Assembly: GCA_044425815.1 (NCBI GenBank)
Contig: JAWXVA010000003.1
Location: 17,429 to 81,428 of the forward strand
Reading direction: 5' to 3'
DNA length: 64,000 nucleotides
Origin: Eubacteriales bacterium
GTDB lineage: Bacteria > Bacillota > Clostridia > Lachnospirales > Lachnospiraceae
Position 1 is the stretch's first letter. Each line of letters starts with the position of its first letter. This document shows, piece after piece, positions 20,667-30,206 of the stretch. The translations under genes and the position numbers were made by a program. The notes beneath the pieces were generated by a model that saw only the letters and a program-made list of their open reading frames with translations, was not told the origin of the DNA and made no database searches.

Positions 20667-21815
20667 TTACACACCAAAGATAGCCATGAATGTTCCCGCT
20701 GCTACCGCCGTACCAATAACACCTGCTACGTTAGGTCCCATTGCATGCATAAGTAAGAAGTTGGTAGGATCCGCTTCCGCTCCAACCTTTTGTGATACTC
20801 TAGCTGCCATAGGTACAGCTGATACCCCTGCCGAACCAATAAGTGGATTGATTTTACCTCCAGTTACTTTACACATGATTTTACCAAATACAATACCTGA
20901 TGCTGTACCAAACATAAATGCTAATAGTCCAAGCACTACGATATAGATAGTTTCCATATTAATGAACGCTTCTGCACTTGTAGTAGCACCAACTGAAGTT
21001 CCTAATAAAATAACTACGATATACATCAAAGCATTCGAAGCAGTGTCCACTAATTGTCTACACACGCCTGATTCTTTGAATAAGTTACCTAGCATCAACA
21101 TACCTACCAGTGGAGCTGTTGATGGTAGAATCGAACAAACTACAATCGTAACAACGATAGGGAATAAAATCCGCTCTAATTTAGATACTGGTCTTAATTG
21201 TTCCATCTTAATTTTACGTTCTTCTTCTGTAGTAAGCGCCTTCATAATAGGTGGTTGAATAATCGGTACAAGTGACATATACGAATACGCTGCAACCGCA
21301 ATCGGTCCCATAAGTGCTGTTTGTCCTAATTTACCAGCAAGGAAGATAGAGGTTGGTCCATCTGCACCACCGATAATTGAAATAGCTGCTGCTGCTTTAT
21401 CCGAGAATCCCAAAGCCATCGCACCTAAATATGCTGCAAAAATACCAAATTGAGCTGCTGCACCTAACAAGAAACTTTTAGGATTCGCAATCAATGGTCC
21501 AAAGTCGGTCATCGCCCCAACACCTAAGAAAATAAGTGATGGAAGAATTGCCCACTCATCTAATAAATAAAAGTAATAAAGTAAACCGCCTACTCCATTC
21601 GCAGCTTCTTCTGTCGACATCATAATATCTGGATAGATATTAACTAATAACATACCAAATGCAATCGGTGTAAGAAGAAGTGGCTCAAAACCGTGTCTAA
21701 TCGCTAAATATAAGAAACCGCAAGCAACTGCAATCATTACTAGATTTCCTAAACTTAGATTAAAGAAGGCTGTTTGATGCAATAGATTGTCTAATGCATT
21801 TAAAATATAATCCAT
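20667..21815 (-). CDS. oadB: Na+-translocating decarboxylase beta subunit
   Basis: EPLLL.PI.FG, GAAAQFGIF, IIGGADGPT, AAYSYMSLVPIIQPP, GVSAVPMAAR, MGPNVAGVIG. Confidence 0.95.
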   Translation of the reverse strand: MDYILNALDNLLHQTAFFNLSLGNLVMIAVACGFLYLAIRHGFEPLLLTPIAFGMLLVNIYPDIMMSTEEAANGVGGLLYYFYLLDEWAILPSLIFLGVGAMTDFGPLIANPKSFLLGAAAQFGIFAAYLGAMALGFSDKAAAAISIIGGADGPTSIFLAGKLGQTALMGPIAVAAYSYMSLVPIIQPPIMKALTTEEERKIKMEQLRPVSKLERILFPIVVTIVVCSILPSTAPLVGMLMLGNLFKESGVCRQLVDTASNALMYIVVILLGTSVGATTSAEAFINMETIYIVVLGLLAFMFGTASGIVFGKIMCKVTGGKINPLIGSAGVSAVPMAARVSQKVGAEADPTNFLLMHAMGPNVAGVIGTAVAAGTFMAIFGV

Positions 21816-21837
21816 GTTAAAACCTCCATACTGTTTC

Positions 21838-22200
21838 TTAGTTTAATGTTGCTAATACTGCTCCTGATTCAATTGCATCGCCTACTGCAATATCAATACT
21901 TGCTACTGTTCCATCTTCTGGTGCTACTACAGGAATTTCCATCTTCATAGCTTCAATGATAATAACTGTATCACCTTTTTTCACTGCTTGTCCTACACTA
22001 GCTTCTACTTTAAATACTTTACCTGCTGCTCCTGCTGTTACTTGGATGCTTCCAGCTCCTGCTGCTTTTGCTGGTGCGGCTACTGGTGCTGCTGGTGCTG
22101 CCGCTACTGGTGCTGCTGCGATTGGTGCCACTCCAGCTCCTTTTTCTTCTACTACAACATCATATGCAACTCCGTTTACTGTAATTGTATAATTTTTCAT
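21838..22200 (-). CDS. Biotin carboxyl carrier subunit (MmdC-like)
   Basis: MKNYTITVNG..Y.V, Ala/Pro linker, EAMKME biotinylation motif. ATG 22200 follows GAGGA (track start 22299 is too long). Confidence 0.92.
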   Translation of the reverse strand: MKNYTITVNGVAYDVVVEEKGAGVAPIAAAPVAAAPAAPVAAPAKAAGAGSIQVTAGAAGKVFKVEASVGQAVKKGDTVIIIEAMKMEIPVVAPEDGTVASIDIAVGDAIESGAVLATLN

Positions 22201-22216
22201 TGAAATTTCCTCCTGA

Positions 22217-22984
22217 TTATCCATTCCATTTATTTGATTTTTTACGTTTAATTGAACGAACAACAAATCCATCTGTTGTAGTTCCTTCTGATGCAGCAAT
22301 CGCTGCTGTAATTACTGCAATTAAATCTAACTCTGCACTTACACTTGTTTCAGCTACTGCTACCACTGGTTCCACAACTACTGGAGCCGCTGCTACTGGA
22401 GCTGCTTTTTTCTTGAATTTTTCTTCCAAAGCTGGAATGTACTTAAACAGTGAAATAATAAAAGCAATAAATATTAATACTAAAAATACAGTTCCCATTC
22501 CCAATAATGTATTCAATACAGCTTTCATAATAATTTCATTAAATGAATACACTGGGTCAATAGTCAAAGATTCTAATCTTCCATCGTCAAAGATGTATGT
22601 AATCTTTGCATCTCTTTCACTATAAGAAGCTTCAGCTACTAATGTCACTTCTGTTCCATCTACTTCTGCTTCGTAATCGCCATTAATTTGGATAAATGTT
22701 CCACAATCTTGCAAGCCTGTGCTCCATGCACTTACTACTTCTGAAAAAGTATATCCATCAGATGGGATTCCTGAATCATACAATATTGTCGAGATATCAA
22801 ATTCTTCGCCTTCTATGTAATAATCCATTGATTCTTGATCCATAGAAGCAAATATAGATGTCAATCCGCTACCTAACTGTGTAATAGTGGTAACATCTTG
22901 TTCAGCGCTTTCTGAACTTGTACAACCAGCTAAACTAAATGTACAAATTAGCGCTAATAATAATAAGCTAATTTTTTTCCTCAC
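22217..22984 (-). CDS. oadG: OadG/MmdD-like subunit with an N-terminal lipoprotein extension
   Basis: Lipobox SLAGC, acidic domain, then TLLGMGTVFLVL.FIAFII TM and ELDLIAVITAAIAA..G tail. Confidence 0.8.
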   Translation of the reverse strand: MRKKISLLLLALICTFSLAGCTSSESAEQDVTTITQLGSGLTSIFASMDQESMDYYIEGEEFDISTILYDSGIPSDGYTFSEVVSAWSTGLQDCGTFIQINGDYEAEVDGTEVTLVAEASYSERDAKITYIFDDGRLESLTIDPVYSFNEIIMKAVLNTLLGMGTVFLVLIFIAFIISLFKYIPALEEKFKKKAAPVAAAPVVVEPVVAVAETSVSAELDLIAVITAAIAASEGTTTDGFVVRSIKRKKSNKWNG

Positions 22985-23000
22985 TGGACGTCACCTCTCA

Positions 23001-24437
23001 TTAAACCGTGCCATGTTTTTTACTTGGACGATCTTCTCTTTTTGTGAATAACATTTCAAATGCACCAATTACATACTTACGTGTATCAACTGGATCAATA
23101 ATTGTATCCACATACCCTCTTCTAGCTGCTGATTCCACACTTGATTGAAGTGCCTTGTATTCTGCCGCTTTTTCTTTCATAGTTGCAGCATCTGCATCTG
23201 CATACATAATCTTAGCTGCCATATTCTCATCCATCATGCCAATACTAGCTGTTGGCCATGCGTATACCATATCAGCTCCAATTGCTTTACTATTCATAGT
23301 AATGTATGCACTTCCATAAGCTTTTCCAATTACAACATTTACTTTAGGTACTGTTGCATTTGCAAATGCGTATGTTAATTTTGCTGTTGTTTTTGCTAAT
23401 AATTTTTCCGAGCATTTTGTTGCTTTAAATCCATTTACGTTTGTTAATGTAAGGATTGGAATATTGAAAGCATCACAGAACGTAACGAACTGAGCAGCTT
23501 TTCTAGCACCTTTCGCAGATAATGAACCATCAAATTCTGCTACTACTTCTGCATTTTCATCGTACACTTTTGAACGGTTAGCTACCGCTCCAACAGTCAT
23601 ACCATTCAAACGAATAAATCCTGTAACCATATCTTTTGCAAATTCTTTTTTCGTCTCTACAAAGATTCCATTATCTGAAATAGTCGCAAGTGCTATCGCT
23701 GTATCTTCTGTTGCATTTTCGATACCTGTGCATGCACGATTTAAATCATCTAAGCACTCATCATATGCATCATTATCTTCGTTATTAGCTGGAAGAATCG
23801 TAACTAATGTACGCAATTGTGCAATAATTTCTTCTTCTGTTCCTGCTGCATCTACAAGTCCTGTTTCTTCACATTGGAATGTTGCAGAAGCTGTATTACA
23901 CTTAGAAACTTCATTTCCCTCAATTGCATTTGGTGCGTTAACAAACAATTTAGCTTTTTTCTCTTCCATAAATGTAAAGTCTGTAAGAGCTGGAACTACT
24001 GCTAATCCACCACCACACATACCAAAAATAGCTGTCAATTGTGGAATCACTCCTGATGCCAATGTTTGTTTCATGTACAATGTTCCAAAAGCATTAAGCG
24101 CATCTGTTGCTTCTTGTAATCTAAGTCCAGAACAATCAACTAATCCTATAACAGGTGCACCCATTTTCATTGCCATATCATAAATATTAACAATTTTTTT
24201 CGCATGCATTTCACCCATAGAACCTTGTAATACTGTAGCATCTTGGCTATATACATATACCAAATTGCCATCAATCACTCCGTAGCCAGTTATGACACCA
24301 TCTGCAGGAGTTGCTTTCTCTGTCATGTTAAAATCAGTACTTCTAGCTGTGATTGCACCACCAATTTCAACAAAACTCCCCTCATCAAGTAACTTAGTAA
24401 TTCTCTTACTCGCTGAGCTTGCTGTGTTGTTACTCAT
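23001..24437 (-). CDS. Acyl-CoA carboxyltransferase subunit (MmdA/PccB-like, divergent)
   Basis: RI..LLD.GSF.E, DGVITGYG.IDG, QD.TV.QGSMG, FCDAFNIP, IDP.DTR, KKHG; CoA-carboxyltransferase fold. Confidence 0.85.
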   Translation of the reverse strand: MSNNTASSASKRITKLLDEGSFVEIGGAITARSTDFNMTEKATPADGVITGYGVIDGNLVYVYSQDATVLQGSMGEMHAKKIVNIYDMAMKMGAPVIGLVDCSGLRLQEATDALNAFGTLYMKQTLASGVIPQLTAIFGMCGGGLAVVPALTDFTFMEEKKAKLFVNAPNAIEGNEVSKCNTASATFQCEETGLVDAAGTEEEIIAQLRTLVTILPANNEDNDAYDECLDDLNRACTGIENATEDTAIALATISDNGIFVETKKEFAKDMVTGFIRLNGMTVGAVANRSKVYDENAEVVAEFDGSLSAKGARKAAQFVTFCDAFNIPILTLTNVNGFKATKCSEKLLAKTTAKLTYAFANATVPKVNVVIGKAYGSAYITMNSKAIGADMVYAWPTASIGMMDENMAAKIMYADADAATMKEKAAEYKALQSSVESAARRGYVDTIIDPVDTRKYVIGAFEMLFTKREDRPSKKHGTV

Positions 24438-24570
24438 AGATCTTTCCTCCATTTTCTATATAATAAAAATTTAATAAATTTTATACCTATTTTAGTATAC
24501 TCTACCGCATTAAAGTTTTCAACAAATTTCTATGGAATTATTATATTTTTACATTCCTATTTCTGAAACA

Positions 24571-24615
24571 AAAAAAGACTATAACCAGTATACCCACACA
24601 CTGATTATAATCTTT
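24571..24615 (-). terminator. Rho-independent terminator after the LRR gene
   Basis: Minus-strand aaagattataatcagt / actggttatagtcttt stem plus T tract. Confidence 0.75.
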
Positions 24616-24636
24616 TCCTACTATAATTAATTCCAC

Positions 24637-25038
24637 TTAAGATAACAGACTCGAACATTCATAAAAAACATAATTTCCCATCATCTCCACGCTCGCTGGT
24701 ATCTTTATACTCTCTAGTGCACTACATCTTGAAAATGCTTGATCATTTATTTCTTTTACTCCATATCCCAAATGCACACATCTTAGATTTTCACATTGTT
24801 CAAACGCTTCCGCACCGATCACTTCAAGGGTATCTGGGATTTTCACACTAAGTAAACTCAATTTACAAAAAGCACTTTCTTTAACCTCCACTACTGGCAA
24901 GTCATCAATAAACCATGGAATCTGGATATGTCGACGCCTTCCTTTATATCCAGTAATGGTAATGGACTCTCCGTTGCTTCTCCATTCAAATCCTTTTTCT
25001 CTAGCTTCTTCTGATGTAACTGTAATTTCTTTCCTCAT
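24637..25038 (-). CDS. Small BspA-type leucine-rich repeat protein
   Basis: ITITGYKG..IQIP, then repeats SVKIPDTLEVIGAEAF..C, SIKIPASVEMMG..VF..C. ATG 25038 has a good RBS (25056 is the alternative); no signal peptide. Confidence 0.8.
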   Translation of the reverse strand: MRKEITVTSEEAREKGFEWRSNGESITITGYKGRRRHIQIPWFIDDLPVVEVKESAFCKLSLLSVKIPDTLEVIGAEAFEQCENLRCVHLGYGVKEINDQAFSRCSALESIKIPASVEMMGNYVFYECSSLLS

Positions 25039-25147
25039 CCTTTTCCCCCTAGACATACCGCTGTAATCGTTATATTGTCACATAGCCTCATTGTAATATA
25101 GACCACTATATATAGTGATACATACCAGTGTTTCTGGGGTGCAAGCA

Positions 25148-26494
25148 CTACACTTGCGATTCTTCCCCTAATAAAGAATTTAGTTTTTTATGCATACATA
25201 ATAAGATAATACACAGAAATATCATTGCCAAGAAAATTCCTGCAAACACTGTAAATGCCTTTAGTTCGTTTACAAAGATTTGTATATAAGGACTGAGTTT
25301 ATTTGCAAAAAACGAAGAGGACGCTATCACGCCCATAAGAAGTGATAGATATTGTTTTGGTGCATATTTGCTTACCATAGCATGACGTAACGGTGAAAAA
25401 CACATTTCACCTATTGTCAATAGACTAATAAATATAAGTGGCCAAAGAACACTTACTTGAGCCGAACTACCTCCATCTGTGATACGCAAGTACTCACATA
25501 ATGCCATTACTCCAAACGCGATTCCTAGAAACGCGAAACTGTAACTGATTTTACTAAATATCGTGACATCTCCTTGTGGTCGCATTGCTAGTCGTTTCCA
25601 TATTTTAGCCATTACTCCCCCAAGTATGATACATAACAACCCATTCCAAGATGTCGTAACCCACGAAGTAGGTATGACAAATCCACATACATTCATATTC
25701 ACAAACTCGCTCATATATATCACAAGCGACAAGTCTTGCTGAAAATAAAACAACCAAAATATCACGGATAGAAAAGCTACTATTACTATAGATATAATAT
25801 GCTGTCTCTCTATTTTTGTAAGCATTCCTCGTTCTGCACTCAAATATTTATTCGGCTGCATCCCTTGTCCTTGCAGTTTTTCCCAGTGAATTACAAACCA
25901 AATAGCCGCTACCACACAATAACAAGCTGCTACTAGAAAGCATTGCCTGAATCCTAGGATTTCTTCCTGCGCAAAAACATGTAAATACAAGTACCCTGTC
26001 ACTAGAGATCCTACAAATGTCCCTATATTTATATAGGAATATTGTATCGAAAATGCAGCATCTAATTGACTTTGTTCCTTATATTGACATCCGATTAATG
26101 TATTAATATTTCCTTTGAAGAGACCTGTACCTATAGAAACGAGCAATATCATGAGATTAATTCCTGCGATGTCTGCTGCTAACCACCCCATGCCATATCC
26201 AACTGCCATTAATAAAATACCAGCTGTCACTGCATATCTTGCCCCTAACCATCGATCAGAGATAACTCCTCCTATCATCGGTGCTATAGCAGTGTATGCA
26301 ATAAGATTCGCAGTAAGGATTGTAGCTTCTGTTGTGTCAATCCCTAAGCCGCCTTGTGCAACTGAGGTTATGAGAAATAATAATAAAATAGGTTTGATTC
26401 CATAATAGGCTAATCGTTCGAGCATCACTGTAATACAACAAACATGAAAACCAACTGGATGCGTAGTATTCGTGCGTCTAGGTAATAACTTCAT
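25148..26494 (-). CDS. Proton-dependent oligopeptide (POT/PTR2) MFS transporter
   Basis: ERLAYYG, GGVISDRWLG, GTGLFKGN, AAFSIQY..INIG, TIGEMCFSP; overlaps the cobD end by 17 bp. Confidence 0.9.
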   Translation of the reverse strand: MKLLPRRTNTTHPVGFHVCCITVMLERLAYYGIKPILLLFLITSVAQGGLGIDTTEATILTANLIAYTAIAPMIGGVISDRWLGARYAVTAGILLMAVGYGMGWLAADIAGINLMILLVSIGTGLFKGNINTLIGCQYKEQSQLDAAFSIQYSYINIGTFVGSLVTGYLYLHVFAQEEILGFRQCFLVAACYCVVAAIWFVIHWEKLQGQGMQPNKYLSAERGMLTKIERQHIISIVIVAFLSVIFWLFYFQQDLSLVIYMSEFVNMNVCGFVIPTSWVTTSWNGLLCIILGGVMAKIWKRLAMRPQGDVTIFSKISYSFAFLGIAFGVMALCEYLRITDGGSSAQVSVLWPLIFISLLTIGEMCFSPLRHAMVSKYAPKQYLSLLMGVIASSSFFANKLSPYIQIFVNELKAFTVFAGIFLAMIFLCIILLCMHKKLNSLLGEESQV

Positions 26495-27542
26495 GTGGTT
26501 CCTCCTGTCTAATTTCCTGTAATGCCATAATTAGTTTTTTATTTTCGTGGTGAAGTTTTATCGCAACTCGATAGTAGCTATCGTCTAATCCATTGTAATC
26601 ATTACACACGCGAATCATTATCCCATATTTCATCAATGATTCAGCTAAGTGCGCATGATATCGAAACAGTACATAATTTACATCACTTTCATAAACCCTA
26701 ACTCCTAGATTCTGCAAGGATTCTATCATGTAAACTCTTTCTTTCTTTATTTCCGCCAAGCTTTCTTCCAAATATATGTTTTCTTGACAGCATGCAATTC
26801 CTGCTATTTGAGCGATAGACGATACAGTCCAAGGTTGGCCTGATTGTTTGATGTTTTCAAGCACGCTCTTGTTCGACGTTATACAATATCCTAAACGAAT
26901 CCCTGCCATAGCAAATACTTTTGTAAAGGCTTTTAAGATAATGAGATGCTGAAATGTTTTTACCTCTTGTAACAACGAATATTCAAAATTTTTTTCTACA
27001 AAATCCATGAAACATTCATCTACCACTAAATAGGTTCTATGCTTTTCACAAGCTTCCATGATTTTTTTCATCAATGCATACTCACACATTTTCCCCGTAG
27101 GATTGTTCGGATTGCATATATATATTATGTTATTTTCTGGAATAGCTTCTATTATTTCTTCTGTAAGCGTGAACTGGTTTCTTTCTTCTAATAAAAAATA
27201 ACTTACTTCTGTCCCTACACTTCTTAGAGAAGCCTCATATTCGGAAAAAGTCGGTGCAAGAATCAATGCTTTTTTCGGTTTTAATGCATAGGCAATTCTA
27301 TAAATAATATCTGCTGCACCGTTACCAAATAACAGATAGTCTTCGGAAATTCCAAGGTAGTGAGCTACCACTTCTGTAAGCGCTCTGCAATTTGGATCTG
27401 GATACCGATTCAAGTAATCAATGTTTTCTAACATTGCATTTTTGACACCTACTGGCAATCCGTACGGATTTGTATTTTCCGAAAAATCAAGAGGCGTCTT
27501 TCCTGTCGCCCTTTGAAATGTATAAATGTCTCCACCGTGCAT
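26478..27542 (-). CDS. cobD: L-threonine-O-3-phosphate decarboxylase
   Basis: MHGGDIY, DFSENTNPYG, YPDP, GNGAAD, CNPNNPTG, DECFMDF, AFTK..AMAGIRLGY. Confidence 0.93.
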   Translation of the reverse strand: MHGGDIYTFQRATGKTPLDFSENTNPYGLPVGVKNAMLENIDYLNRYPDPNCRALTEVVAHYLGISEDYLLFGNGAADIIYRIAYALKPKKALILAPTFSEYEASLRSVGTEVSYFLLEERNQFTLTEEIIEAIPENNIIYICNPNNPTGKMCEYALMKKIMEACEKHRTYLVVDECFMDFVEKNFEYSLLQEVKTFQHLIILKAFTKVFAMAGIRLGYCITSNKSVLENIKQSGQPWTVSSIAQIAGIACCQENIYLEESLAEIKKERVYMIESLQNLGVRVYESDVNYVLFRYHAHLAESLMKYGIMIRVCNDYNGLDDSYYRVAIKLHHENKKLIMALQEIRQEEPHEVIT

Positions 27543-27569
27543 GATTCTGTGCTCCTTTTCTTCTGTCTT

Positions 27570-28511
27570 TTAAAATATGATAATTAATATGATCGTAATG
27601 ACCAATATTTCTGCTGATGTAAAATACATCAATTTAATCGCATGTTTAATATCTTCTGCTTCAATCTGGCGGATATCGTTCCCAATTGTTGGTTTCTGAT
27701 ACAATTCCCCAAAGTACATTGCATCGCCTGCCAACTGGACATTTAGTGCTCCTGCACACACAGATTCTGTCTGCGCTGCATTGGGACTTTTATGATTTTT
27801 CCTATCTCGCTTATATATTGTAAACGCACCTTTCCCATTGTAATTCAGGATATGCGCCGCTATTATCATAAATATCGCTGTAATTCTAGCTGGAATATAG
27901 TTTGCTATATCGTCTACTTTCGCTGCGCATCTTCCAAACAAGATATATGTTTTATTTTTGTATCCTACCATGGAATCCATTGTATTAATCGCCTTATACA
28001 TAAAGGCTAGAGGTGCGCCTCCTAGCGCCATAAATAATAATGGTGCTATCACTCCATCTGTTGTGTTTTCTGCAACCGTTTCCACTGTCGCTTTTATAAT
28101 CCCTTGTTTCTCTAAGTTCTCTGTATCTCGCCCTACGATGTAAGAAAGGTATTTTCGTGATTCTTCCATGTTATCTTCGTTTAATGGTTTATACACTTGA
28201 AGCGCTGCCTCTTTTAATGATTTTGCCGCAAAGATCTGGTAACACCATAGAATTTCTACTACAACACCTAAATAATAATTCCATCTATAACAATAAAACA
28301 AAGTAAAGTATGGAACGCTAAATGAAAGTGATATCATAATGACAACTAATAAAAATCCTCCTACTAATTCATTCTTTATTACTCGCCGCAGAACATTTTC
28401 TAATTTATGTATTACAGTTCCAATAAGACAAATCGGATGATACATCCACCTTGGATCCCCAAATAGCATATCTAGTACAAATGCAATTCCTATTATCATT
28501 GCAATCTTCAT
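27570..28511 (-). CDS. cbiB: Adenosylcobinamide-phosphate synthase
   Basis: GDP...HP, YIVGRDT, TVAEN..DGVIAP, YKAINTMDSMVGY, SPNA...E...AGAL. Confidence 0.96.
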   Translation of the reverse strand: MKIAMIIGIAFVLDMLFGDPRWMYHPICLIGTVIHKLENVLRRVIKNELVGGFLLVVIMISLSFSVPYFTLFYCYRWNYYLGVVVEILWCYQIFAAKSLKEAALQVYKPLNEDNMEESRKYLSYIVGRDTENLEKQGIIKATVETVAENTTDGVIAPLLFMALGGAPLAFMYKAINTMDSMVGYKNKTYILFGRCAAKVDDIANYIPARITAIFMIIAAHILNYNGKGAFTIYKRDRKNHKSPNAAQTESVCAGALNVQLAGDAMYFGELYQKPTIGNDIRQIEAEDIKHAIKLMYFTSAEILVITIILIIIF

Positions 28512-29071
28512 TCACTTCGCCCCCGTATCAACAACATGTCATCTTCCATATGATATTCGCATTCATACACGCCACCATTTGGTATCTGATAATCGTAAAA
28601 ACTTCTATGCTGTACCTCTAATTTCTCCATAATAGCCATGATTGTTCCACCATGGCAGACAATTACAATCTCATCTTCTGGTTTACATTCTGCAGTAATC
28701 TCATGAAATACGCGAAGGCATCTCTCTTTGAAACTAGTTCGGCTTTCTCCACCTATGGGGTTTTCTATTCCTTGTATGAAATCTTGATAATTCTTATTAT
28801 CTTTTAATTCTTCATAGGTGTGATTTTCAAACTCTCCAAAATTCATTTCCTTTAACCATTCTTTGGTACATACTTTTCTTTCTGGATATAAGAAATGAGC
28901 AGTCTGGATACAGCGCTTCATTGGACTTGCATATATCTTATCTGGATATTCTGGTAATTTGTAATTTATTTGCTCATCTCCATTGAACGCTATCGATTCA
29001 TCCGTGCAACCAATATATCTTTTCTCATAATTTCCTTTTGTTTTTAGATGTCTTACAAAATACAATTTCAT
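28508..29071 (-). CDS. cobC: Histidine phosphatase, alpha-ribazole-phosphate phosphatase-like
   Basis: FVRH..T..N, SPMKRC.QTA, EMNFGEFE, VCHGGTI; cob context. Confidence 0.8.
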   Translation of the reverse strand: MKLYFVRHLKTKGNYEKRYIGCTDESIAFNGDEQINYKLPEYPDKIYASPMKRCIQTAHFLYPERKVCTKEWLKEMNFGEFENHTYEELKDNKNYQDFIQGIENPIGGESRTSFKERCLRVFHEITAECKPEDEIVIVCHGGTIMAIMEKLEVQHRSFYDYQIPNGGVYECEYHMEDDMLLIRGRSE

Positions 29072-29433
29072 TTGATTTTCACCGCAATCCCTGATTCCAT
29101 TTTATATACTTCTTCTGCATGACTCGCTATCATACATGCAATGCGCCCTGCCAGTTCTCTCCAACGGACTTCCGTTTTCTCTATAGGTATAATTCCACAC
29201 CCTATTTCTCGCGATACTACAACTACATTTTGCTTCCACATCGTTTCTGTCGTTGCAGTATTACAAATCTGGCGAACTTCTTGTTCTATCTGTAGTAGTA
29301 TATCAGATTCTGTATCCAGTCCTTGCGTTATCCAATTTTGGATATTCATCTCTAAATCATCCAGAATTGGATAACAAAAGCTTTCTGCAAACGCTGTCTT
29401 TCCTTGTGCCATCCCCCCTGTTATAAATATCAT
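29068..29433 (-). CDS. Short CobU-like protein (P-loop plus C-terminal motif, no guanylylated-His segment)
   Basis: ITGGMAQGKT; VSREIGCGIIP....RWRELAG; SGIAVKIK. Overlaps cobS and cobC by 4 bp each. Confidence 0.8.
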   Translation of the reverse strand: MIFITGGMAQGKTAFAESFCYPILDDLEMNIQNWITQGLDTESDILLQIEQEVRQICNTATTETMWKQNVVVVSREIGCGIIPIEKTEVRWRELAGRIACMIASHAEEVYKMESGIAVKIK

Positions 29434-30206
29434 AGCAACACACCTCCTATCGCCATACTAAACGGCAGTAATAGCTCTAATAACGATATAATACATCCCG
29501 TGAGATCGCCTGTGATTCCACCAAATTTTTTCACGTACAGTGGCAAGATCCCCAAAAGAAATACGGCTATCGTTGCAACAAATATCATGAATATATTCCT
29601 GTCTGTTGCACATAAGATTACCCCACTGGCTACTATCCACATGCCCAATATTCCAACTACTATATTCTGCGCAGCAGTATTCGAAAATTCTGCTCCTAAT
29701 CCATCTTTTTTTGCATTGGGCATTTTTATCATACAGATAGCACCCACAGCACGACTTATGATAAAGATTATGGGTAAGACTATCACTTGTAATGTTTTTG
29801 TTTCTATCAGTTGTACATAGATTCCATACAAACACACAAAATATACAATTGCACCAAGCACCCCAAAAGCACCTGTTCTCGGATCTTTTAGAATTTCCAA
29901 TTTCTTTTCTCTATCACCATAGGAAAAATACGCATCGCAAGTATCAATCACCCCATCAATATGGATACCGCCTGATAGAATTACAGGTATTAGTAGTAAT
30001 GCTATCGCCTGAAAAGTAACTGTAAAACTTGTGAGTAAAGGATAGACTCCTATCATACAACTTCCGATAATCCCACCAATCACCGGTAAAAAACACAACA
30101 TATATTTCATGCTTTTTTCTTCCCATTCAATCCGAGGCATCGGGATAATGGAATACATAGAGATACATATAATCAAACTATTACACATTTGTTTTAATTT
30201 CCCCAT
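29430..30206 (-). CDS. cobS: Adenosylcobinamide-GDP ribazoletransferase
   Basis: SGGIHIDG.IDTCDA, LEILKDPRTGAFG, FGGITGD..G. Confidence 0.94.
   Translation of the reverse strand: MGKLKQMCNSLIICISMYSIIPMPRIEWEEKSMKYMLCFLPVIGGIIGSCMIGVYPLLTSFTVTFQAIALLLIPVILSGGIHIDGVIDTCDAYFSYGDREKKLEILKDPRTGAFGVLGAIVYFVCLYGIYVQLIETKTLQVIVLPIIFIISRAVGAICMIKMPNAKKDGLGAEFSNTAAQNIVVGILGMWIVASGVILCATDRNIFMIFVATIAVFLLGILPLYVKKFGGITGDLTGCIISLLELLLPFSMAIGGVLL

Noticed and set aside
29068-29433. Short cobU as a pseudogene
   Set aside because: Intact start and stop, 4-bp overlaps on both sides, conserved motifs at both ends and no frameshift scar.
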